DNA from: Ophelia neglecta
Taxonomy: Eukaryota
Length of the DNA stretch: 64,000 bases
Reading direction: 5' to 3'
Assembly (NCBI GenBank): GCA_965285935.1
Contig: OZ260664.1
Location: 18,228,001-18,292,000 of the forward strand
Part shown: positions 12,931-22,466 of the stretch, one piece after another
Layout: each line of letters starts with the position of its first letter
Numbering within the stretch: position 1 is the first letter of the stretch
Made by a program: the position numbers and the translations under genes
Notes under the pieces: generated by a model
Told to the model about the DNA's origin: nothing
The model's input: the letters and a program-made list of their open reading frames with translations, nothing else
The model's database searches: none

Positions 12931-15900
12931 CTGGAGGAATACAAGTAGATATTAAGTATAACCTACTTCAATTTCATCAACACAGCTTCCGCTGTTTTGT
13001 ACGTAATTTGATTCTCAGGCTTTTTGTCATAGCAACCTTTTCGGCTAGTTGTTCATGGGACTTAGTCAAAACATCCAGTTTATTCTCGAGTCGCTGTATA
13101 GCCCTTTCCTCTTCATTTGGCATTGATTGGTGAATCTGTTCCAGAGTCAGCGTGGATATACATCTATTATATTCGAGCATAAAAATCTGATTTGTAATTT
13201 GTCAGTTGTGTTATTAAAATGTTGAAAGAAATTATGTACTCCTTTTGTAGTATAGACATCTGTTCAAGGTGAAATATAGATAGCTATCGCCTATTTTAGA
13301 AGTTTTCTTCCAAAGGCGACCCACTAAAGTCAGGAGTCGGGTAGGTATCTCTTTTAGTACACTTACCTGTACAATTTCGTATCTTCTTGAAGATAACTTT
13401 TATCTGGTGATTTGATCTCGACTAATCGCAGACGCGCATCTAAAGCTTTAATGTATGAAAGAAATCGTCGGAGAAATGCCATTTTTCTCTCGATGCGGAC
13501 TGCCAATGTCACTGTTGATATCTGCCATGTTCGTGCTTCATTTTCCTAGTACATACCGACAACATTTCATTCATCAACTGCCCTGATCATAGTTTAACTG
13601 TACGCATTGTATAACATTGTTCAGACAAGAAATATGCTTGTAAACTACTGTTGACAATAATAATACTGGGAGTCCACAAAAAAGAACATAATTCGGCGCA
13701 TGCCTAGGTGTATTTTATACCTACTTAATCAAAGAATAAGTGTTACCTTACCTGAACACTGGCATATGTATCCGTCATCATTGCAATAAGTAGATTGAGA
13801 AAAACAATGGTGGCCAATATTATATAAATTAGGTACACTATCTTAGGGACCGTCGGGTCCAGTCCAGCAGCTGTGTAATTGGCGTAAAAGTCGTCTGTAA
13901 GAAAAAGTTCTCCCATTCCTAGCATCATGTTGAAGGTCATAAACAAAGTATCCCACACCGACCCTTTGTAACTTGGATCGGCGATAAAAAGTGCATGGAG
14001 GGCAAATCCAAATGCCAAGAGAATGAATAGATAGACAAAGGTGAATCTGGTCATATCACGCACGATTATGTACTTCAGCATCACGTTAAATGCGTGGACG
14101 GACTTGAAACCTTTGGTGAAACTAGTCGCGTATAGCCATCCTATTATTAAGGCGACAACAACAACGTAAACTTGATTACGATTGGACAGCAGGTTAAGCA
14201 CGTACCAAGTGGCAACAAATACACAAAATACTATCGCTGCTACGTGGGGAAGGTTGTCAAACGTCGTCAGCGCCAATTCGATTATCCATTTTGCGACTTT
14301 GTTCAGGCGAGAGAAAGGACCAATCATCTCCTCTGGAGACTTTCGGGTCACTTTGCGCCGTTTTCTCGATTGGCACCAGGCAGCTACATGGGCGATTGCG
14401 TAGTATATTTCGAACACAAGTAGACACCCAGGCCATATAAGAAAAGCCCAGTATTTCGTATTAGTTTCGGCTGCCGGCAAAACACGAAAGGAGAAGATGG
14501 TGAACAGGGCCATGTAGGTTACATGTATAAGCATCATAAAGCCGTAGATCCACTGGTACGCCGCCCAGTAGTTCTGTACCAATTGTTTGATAGGGGTAAT
14601 TTCTAAAATGTGAGCGGCTGTTAGGTTGTCCCCATTGGTGGCCAATATATCTAGACAACTGCCGATTCCTTCGGTGTCGGAATAAAAGTTGTCACTGAAA
14701 GATCTATCATTGGATCTCATCCGGGCAGGATCAGCCGACGGGGTCAAGTCTGTGACGTCATAATCATACAGAATTTCCCCATGGTTCGACTTATTCAAGG
14801 GAAAACAATAAACTTTCGGTGTGTTTAAGATTTTCTCAAGCATTCTAGCTGCTCCCAAAGCGGTTGCAAAGGCCACAACGGACATTCCCTCTTCATTGAG
14901 TGTGCACGCTGTCAACTCCAGAACAACGAATCTGTCAAATACAGCTTATCAATTATGCATGCGGGTCAATCGTTTTATCTAAAAACGTCACAAAATACGG
15001 AAATTTTCATTAAGGTTCAACACTAAACACTTGACTATTTGTTTTGCAGGTTTAAGAACGGTATAATAAACAGCGCATACATTAAACTACTACAGAAAAT
15101 ACTTGTTCACATATATAGTCAGTAACGGGAGGTGTTTTGTATAAAAGTGCAATTAGGAAAAGTTTATTGCACATGACACCAATGCTATAACAGAACAAAC
15201 ATTTAACACAATCGTTCAGGTTGTGGCACCTTTTGAAATGCCCATACGAAGAGCTGGATTGATCAGGAATCTCAATTTGTTTGGTTTTACACCACCAAGT
15301 GACTGACTCCTCCACGATCACATCATACACGTTGGCCATAAGTTCGGTTTTTCGTGGCTCAATGACCGTCTCAGCCACTAGCGAATGAAGAATCGTGTCC
15401 CCGTAGTAATTCTTGGCTAGTACATTAGCCCCTTCTTGCATTAGCATCCTAAGTGACAAAAAGTGAGCATTGAAAGTCCCTCTTATTCATAACCCTTTGT
15501 TAAATAAATAGATTGATTGAAACGATTTATCATGGCCTATCAATACTGGTATGTTCGCATAGGGATACAAACATATATATGTCATCCTAACCAAACAAAA
15601 ATAGTGTACGATACCTAACACTTCTAACGTCCCCAGTATTGGCACATATGTGTAAGACTGTCTCATGCTTGTGGTTTTCTTGGTCTATGTGGAAGTTATC
15701 ATGATCCCGAAATACTGCAAGCATCTCTTTGATAAACTCTGGATTATTCCGAATAGCAGCTTCATGGAGAGCTGTGTTGCCTATATTATAGAGACAGAGA
15801 CTGTGATTGATGTAATAACATGTTTCTTCAACACATTCACCAAAATAACTTTCTGTTTAATACTAGAAGAAAATCATCACTTGCCATTTTCGTCGATTAT

Positions 15901-18900
15901 GCTTGGGTCAAGGCATTCTAGTGGTTCCACTATTTTGACTTTTCCTTTTCTAGCCGCTAAATGAAGTGGCGTTTTGCCTAGGTTGTCTCTTTCGTCCAAA
16001 AGGGAGACGTTCCCACTTTCTTTGATAGCGTTCACCATATCTTCTGTAACCTTGAATGGCAGTTGCTTGACAGACGCTGTTATATGCAAAGGAGTTCGCC
16101 CATAGTGGTCCTAAAGTTTAATCAGGGCAGACATGTTTTACTAACCTTCGTAAAGAGTCAATGTTCCATTATATTTTCTATATAAAGCATAGTGTGAGTC
16201 AGTGACAGGTTACAGTCAATGTGTCTACCAATATTGGCTAAAGAGCAAAAAGGATAAGTTTACTATATTTTGTCGTTTAGAGAAAAACTAGTTTTCTTAC
16301 ATAACCTAAAATAATGGAAACTTACAATTATTTAAACGTGATTTATTATTAAAAGATTATTTGTATAATTGGTCCCATCATAAAAGTCATACCTAGTGTT
16401 TAAGTTGCAAATTATGCGTTCAATCAGTAATTGTACATATTGAATTCAAGACTATAAAGATGATTACTTATTAAATGACTTATGTAGTGAATAACCTACC
16501 TTCATTCCTAAGCTTGCTTTGTGCTCCATCAAGAAGTATATAGCATCTATCTGATTAAACCAGATCGCCGTGTGAAGAGCTGTGTCACCTTGGGAGTTCC
16601 TCTCATCTATATCTGCGACATCAATAAATGCCTCTAATACCTCTAAATTTCCCATGAGCGCCCCTAGATGAAGGTACGTGTTACCAGTTTCGTCCAGTTC
16701 CTCGGAATGACTTAGAATGAGGTGTCGATTGCTCAAAAGGACGCTTGTCACCTCAGGGGTAGAACGTACAGCCATAGAGAGAGCACTCTACAAATAAACA
16801 ACGGCGGATGCATACTATACAAGGGTAATGCTTCAATTTTAACAAAAAAGATTTTCAGCTGCGCTATTATTATAGACTGCAGTTTAACTAAGGTATATGA
16901 ATAATTGGTGAACTCACGCGCAGCGAGATCAGATTTAAAGTTAACTGGTCCACTTTTTCATTGTTAATAAGAATCTGTGCTGCTTCAGGTCGTTCGTGTT
17001 TGGCAGCCAGATGCAGCGGAGTATCGCCCTCGATGTTGTACTTATTAAGCATTTCGGGTGTGGCATCTGGCACGAACGTTTCTAGAATATTCAAGCAATT
17101 TCCTCGGACGGCCACGTGAAGGAAATTCTCACCACGTTCGTCGTATTCTGCTTGAGCTATCCCGAGTCCAATAAGTTCATGTATCAGATCCGGTTTGTCC
17201 TTTATCGCTGTTTCATTGAGCGGACGGATACAAACATCCAGCGCCTTTTGCCTGCGGCTCACCCCAGTTGTGCCCATATCGATCTGATCTCCTGCTACAT
17301 TTAAGGAAGCGTTCACATTTCCTTTGTTTATATCAAAGTTCAAACTACTTGTGTTGTTTAGATAGTACTTTGCTATGTAACTCTCTACCAATTCAGCTAT
17401 AATTTCTCTCCTTAACCGATCCTCATGAGCCAATGCAAATTGCCAGACTGATTGTTGTTGGTTGTTTCTCAGTGTGATGTCTGCACCGAGAAGTAGCAGT
17501 CGTTTCATCGCCTGTATATGGCCACTTTTTACAGCAAACATGAGCGCTGTGTGCCCAAATTTGTCAGTTAAATTGACATTCAGACAATCATATTGCCAAA
17601 TAACCCCTCTGGTAAGAGTTTCAATAATGTGAGTGTGTCCAAGGGCCGCAACAAAATGTAGAGCAGTCTCCTTTTTTCTATTTTGGGAATTTCTATCCAC
17701 GTTCTTGGCCAAGAATATATCCACTATTTCTTCATTACCGAGAGCGGCTGCTAGTATTAAAGGCAAGCCGAATCCTCTTGGTCTTTTCGGGGCCAGTTCT
17801 GCTCCTTTTCTTAGAAGAAATTTTACTAGGTCTGCCCTCTCGTACCTTACTGCCCAATACAAGGCAGTAGAGCCATTGGCAGTAACATAATTTACTTTGG
17901 CCTTAAGAAACACTATTTTCTCTGTGGTTTGTTGATGCCCACTGCGTATGGCATAAAAGAGAGGAGTCGCTCCTTGTGCATGGTTATTATCCAAGGTCGC
18001 ACCTTCTCTGATTAGCAACTCCACCATCTCCGTGTCTCCCCTAAAGGCTGCTATGTGAAGGGCGCTGAAATGGTGCAGTTTTCCATCAACTCCTTCCATT
18101 TTCCTAAGCGTGAATGCGTCCATGAATGCGAGGTTGCCGCGACGGAAAACTCCTGTTTTAGTCAAAGATAGTAGTCTGCAAACCATTGGCAGCCGCTCGG
18201 GGTCGCTAAGATCGGCGTTCTGTACGAGCGCGTGCAGAGCCGTCTGCTTGATGGCGCGGTTGTCTATATTTGTTTTATATGGCGTAATAACCATATCTCT
18301 GCTGCATTTATCATGTATCAAATACCAAATAACTTTCTTACTATACTCCTCCATTGCCACATGCAAGGCGTTTTTCTGGGAATTTGGCTCCTCCCATTCG
18401 TCGTTATTTAAATTGTGAATCGTACCAATTTTGGCAAAAATGGCACGACAGGTGTCAACATCATCACTTGCTGCTGCTTTGAACAATTGCTGTCGGCGTT
18501 TCTCCCCAGGGGGCTCCACGGTCACATGCACAGGAGATCGAACTTGAGCGGCTGGTTGCCCTCTCTTTGGGCTGTTTTGTTGGATAATGGCTTGGGCAGG
18601 GACCACCGATCTCCTTCTCAACCTTCGACCTAAGCCCTGCACACCTGCTTTCAAAGGCTGGTAAATTTCCTGATGTATAGGCTGCAATATTTCTCTATCA
18701 ACTCCACGCTGAATGCTTTTAGGAATCACTGCGTCAATTGCTCCTTGCAACACTGTCTGCTCCTACAGTTGAATAAAGAGAAAATTGCAGTTATGGTTCA
18801 TGTGTAATCAATACATCCCATGTGAGAAGCAAATGATAACATAAAGGATGGTGTATTTTTAATAATTCATAATACACTTTGCCACGGAAGGCCTGAGGAC

Positions 18901-19592
18901 ATAGGCAATTGTCTTGGACCATGGAACAGAAATTGAATATGTCCAATATCGATGGTAATACCAGAAGATTTCCTTAAAGTTATGTCGAATATGAGTTTCA
19001 TTCGTAACGCTTATTATGCACGTCCTGTTAAAAGCTTACGGAATATTGACTATTCCTTATATAAAAAGTCACATGCATAAAATCTGGATTAATGCTGGAA
19101 AGCTTGACACTGCTTCCTAAAAAATATACAAATTCAATCAAAGAAAATTTCGCAATTCATCCATGAATCCATGTATTTCATTGAAATGCAATGAATATTG
19201 GACAAGAATACACCGGGGTTCGGCAAAAAGGCAACATTGAACCTGGGAACTAAGACCACCAAAGGGACTGAAAATACTGGTCTGATTTCGGAGGTGGTCT
19301 GTTTAGACAGGTTATTTAATATTGAAAGTAAGCAAGTGGCAGGTGGTCTCATTATAGAGGTGGTCTTTAAGGCAGGTTTCGCTGTAGTAATAAAATTCCT
19401 TGCATGTATTTTGATAAATATAATATGTCCGTCTATTGCGTGTCCGGAGCTTGAATTGTTTACCTGTCTTGTTCTTTCTATCCCATCGGGAAGCTGGCCA
19501 GTGGACGGATTTTGTTTTTGAATCAGAGCCCTGTAATCATCGTCTAGGTCCGGATTTGCATTAGGATCCGAAGGTAAATTAAAAACATCCAT
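12805..19592 (-). CDS. TRP cation channel paralog A, TRPV-like pore with ~20-22 ankyrin repeats; complement(join(12805..12930,13037..13163,13367..13545,13752..14931,15230..15448,15615..15780,15885..16110,16500..16787,16918..18762,19464..19592)), ~1494 aa
   Basis: Ten exons splice in frame (4485 nt) with no internal stops. Many G-x-T-(P/A)-L-H repeats; 6-TM domain with TRPV-like GFKSVHAFNVMLKYIIVRDMTRFTFVY, pore FNMMLGMGEL, S6 LNLLIAMMTDTY, TRP helix TWQISTVTLAVRIER. Seven of ten exon lengths are identical to paralog B. The last exon is less certain. Confidence 0.9.
13037..13163 (-). CDS. TRP paralog A exon 9 (coiled coil)
   Basis: aatag|A TGT; CISTLTLEQ...AIQRLENKLDVLTKSHEQLAEK; weak donor AAG|gttgct at the same position as the paralog B donor; 127 nt. 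Confidence 0.8.
13367..13545 (-). CDS. TRP paralog A exon 8 (TRP helix)
   Basis: tactag|GAA AAT; ENEARTWQISTVTLAVRIERKMAF...KLYR; AG|gtaagt; 179 nt in both paralogs. Confidence 0.88.
13752..14931 (-). CDS. TRP paralog A exon 7 (last ankyrin repeat, linker, S1-S6, pore)
   Basis: ttgacag|A TTC; six hydrophobic helices, GMGEL filter, LNLLIAMM; CAG|gtaagg. Confidence 0.93.
15230..15448 (-). CDS. TRP paralog A exon 6
   Basis: cacttag|G ATG; EGANVLAKNYYGDTILHSLVAE...HFKR; AG|gtgcca; 219 nt. Confidence 0.88.
15615..15780 (-). CDS. TRP paralog A exon 5 (ankyrin repeats)
   Basis: atatag|GC AAC; GNTALHEAAIRN...HETVLHICANTGDVRSVR; AG|gtatcg; 166 nt. Confidence 0.88.
15885..16110 (-). CDS. TRP paralog A exon 4 (ankyrin repeats)
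   Basis: ctttag|GAC CAC; GRTPLH, GKTPLHLAA; ends at GC donor AATG|gcaagt; 226 nt. Confidence 0.88.
16500..16787 (-). CDS. TRP paralog A exon 3 (ankyrin repeats)
   Basis: tttgtag|AGT GCT; GNTYLHLGA, GDTALHTAI; AAG|gtaggt; 288 nt in both paralogs. Confidence 0.9.
16918..18762 (-). CDS. TRP paralog A exon 2 (~13 ankyrin repeats)
   Basis: ctgtag|GAG CAG; 615 open codons with ankyrin motifs; CGC|gtgagt. Confidence 0.92.
19244..19386. mobile_element. Truncated Tc1/mariner-type MITE end in intron 1 of TRP paralog A
   Basis: Repeated GGTGGTCT subterminal motifs ending ...GGCAGGTTTCGCTG-TA; the reverse complement is TA|CAGCGAAACCTGCCTTAAAGACCACCTC. A related end, TATAGTGAAACTTGTGGTAAAGACCACCTC, lies at 42694-42723. 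Confidence 0.55.
19464..19592 (-). CDS. TRP paralog A coding exon 1
   Basis: aacATGG start; MDVFNLPSDPNANPDLDDDYRALIQK...RTRQ; CAG|gtaaac; 129 nt as in paralog B. Confidence 0.85.
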
Positions 19593-22361
19593 GTTACCGA
19601 ACCAGTGGCAGAGAAAGTAAGGAAGAGTTAGCTACGAGGATGTGCGTAACTGGCTTTTATGCCTGTCCAATGAATTGACATCTTGACAATGTTTTTACAT
19701 TCCACGTAGGACAGTTCTCTCTTATAAACTTCGGTGTAACATTACATGGAGACCTTAGTGAAGAGACCTTGGCAGCTGAAATGACAAGAAAAAGGGATGT
19801 ATGAATATTTATTATTCAACAAACTATATTATGTATAAGACACGTGGTCACTCAGCTTTGAGAATGTGTATCATTCAAAATATGATAATAGCCAACTTAT
19901 TGCGGTTGTATAAGCTCTACTGTTCTGTACCAATGCTCACCCGCTCTCCACACGCACTACTTTCAGGGCACGATATTTGATAAAAGGGTGATCAGGTTTT
20001 ACCAATATTTAATCCTAAGGTATTGGGTGGCAGCGTTATCGATTAGTCCATGTTGCCGGTAGCGATGATAACGGCAGCCATGACATAGTAAGAGGATAGC
20101 ATAGAGGAACACCCAATTGTATAACCGAGGGCGGGGGGGGGGGGGGCTAGAAGAATATGGGGGCGGCGATATTAGGACTGAAAAAAATGCTAATTTCCGG
20201 CGAAGGAATTTGTTTTTTTTAGCCACATTTTACAAAATTTGAAGAACAAAAATGTCTTTGGACTAATCCCCCCTTCACCAACCACCCAAACCCCAAGCGT
20301 GTCCGCATACCCTTTACATGTGAATCGCTTAAGGTGCATGAAGTTTGCCGTCTGAGCATGTGCTGTCATGTTAACAAGCTTCATAAGACCATTATGAATG
20401 TCAAAAAAATAGTATCTTGGAAAAATGATACCACCAGCCCCAAAGCTTGGTCCAGCAGCTACATGTGCAGTTGTCGGTGCTAAACATGTTTAATGTTACT
20501 GTCATGGTGTAGGGGCAGGCTAGTCCAGCTTAAGACATTATTTATAGCCATGTCTAGTGCAGGTAATGTTGACCAATGCTCTATGTACTATATATTTTTT
20601 ATCAATATCGTGGAAAAACAGCATAAACTTACCATATATAATATCGCTGCTATATTTTCTGCATGTCAAACCGTTCCGTAATCCACTATGACCTAGCATA
20701 TCAACAAGCACAGACGACCCGTCGCTAAGCAAGTGTGACGTGTCCACACACGTTACGGATCAATACACAAACACCTTTGGCAGCCTTCACTAATATTACT
20801 GCATATAGACATGGCCCTCGTGTGTTAGCGGCTGCTTTATTGCACATACATCCGAGTAAAAGCTATATAAGAGTGTTAACGAGCCATATCACATCAAATT
20901 TTGTAATAACTAACACTATAACGCTATGTATCGGTGTAAACGTGTACACTCTCCCCAGAAAAGGTAACCCCTTTGACCATTGATCCCAGGGACAGGACAT
21001 TGTCAATTGTAGTCATGAAAGTAACTTGGGATATTTTTTCCGATGATACCCGGATGTTGGTATTAACATCCGGGTATCTGCGTCTTTTGTGTAGTGCCTT
21101 TGTTTTATGGATGGGTAATTTATATGGTTTAAGGTGGACTAGGTACTTATGTGAGTGAATTTGTGTACATGAAGAATAAGGCTTTTGTTTATAAAAAATA
21201 TACAAGTTATTGAAATGACGTAAGTTTATTTAAACCATGATTAATACAGTTAGCACAAATATGCCCCCCCCCCCTTCCGGGTAGATTTACACCCTTTACC
21301 GGACAATACATCGGAGGACAGCATGTGTGGTCTCAAAAAACACATGCATATTTATATGCATATGATTAAAGTTATTTTACAAAGCCCTGCGTCTTTATTG
21401 GTTTAACGGGTCATTGTGCGATATGCTGGTGAAAAGGTAAGGAGGGAAAAATTATCGAATAGACAAGTAGGGCAACTACTTTGATTTGCCTATAACACCT
21501 CCCAGCACGCTCCAACAAAGTATAGCCCACTTTATTTGACGTATGGGATATAAATGGATAAGCTAATAACAGGAATTAATTTCTTTTATAATTCAAAAGT
21601 AGTATATATAACACAGTGGTTAGGAGTTCATCGATGTTTTCTTAAAATAAGACATGTGCACACCATCCTCGAGTGAAAGTTTATATGCCTAAAACTCTCA
21701 TTTGTATACAACAAAAATGGTATTAACATAATAATTACATTTTTTTATTTTTGAAGGCATACCGTTTTGTCAGGCGTAACCACGCATATCGCCTCAGAGC
21801 TATTACTCAAGCCAAGAAAAGCTTGGCAATGGCGACTACGAGGAGCAGACGGGGACCGTTTTCGCTAAAATTCTCCGCTCGAGTGCAATTTTTGAGGCGA
21901 TCTGCGTGGGTTTCGCATGGCAAACTGATACAATAAATATATTATAAAAGGTGTTGTCCTAGTTTGAAGTATGTGCAATTAATATTCTTGTACATCATTT
22001 ATACATAGCGCATATACTCGAGAATTTTTAGGAGCTAAACAACAGTGATTTCATGTGATAAAAACTCGGGCAAGCAGTTTTATTAACCGCTGATGTCCTA
22101 ATGCATAAGTACCTACCTACCGTGTTATTTTATTCCCAAAATTAGGCAAAATTTAATGAACTATAATTTTCCAGGCAATGCCATCATATTGACACTACGT
22201 GATTCGGCCAAGGGACAAGTTATTCAAAATCTATGTGTGTTCAATTATTTACCATGTTGTGCCTCTTTTCATATCTTATATACTCTGAATTAGGAATATC
22301 ACGGATTTCAACATCTATGCTATGTCAGTCCAACTGCAACGACCCATTTTTAGATTTTTCA

Positions 22362-22466
22362 TCACTCTGCTCCCGCTCCATGTCTGTATTTTGATTTAAT
22401 GCCCTTGCTTGTCGCTGGGGAAATAGCCTTTCCTTTTCCATCTCCAACTGTTCTGAATGTTTGTAT
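22362..22466 (-). CDS. TRP paralog B candidate last exon
   Basis: ttctatttag|ATA CAA; phase 0 reads IQTFRTVGDGKGKAISPATSKGIKSKYRHGAGAE*. A second frame is open to 22325. Confidence 0.5.
   Translation of the reverse strand: MQTFRTVGDGKGKAISPATSKGIKSKYRHGAGAE

Noticed and set aside
15615-15780. Possible frameshift making paralog A a pseudogene
   Set aside because: Re-reading gives GAC CAA GAA AAC CAC AAG CAT GAG ACA in frame; the exon length equals paralog B (166 nt).
14172-18633. Plus-strand ORFs overlapping the TRP exons (also 27497-29416)
   Set aside because: Antisense shadows of real coding exons with no independent motifs.
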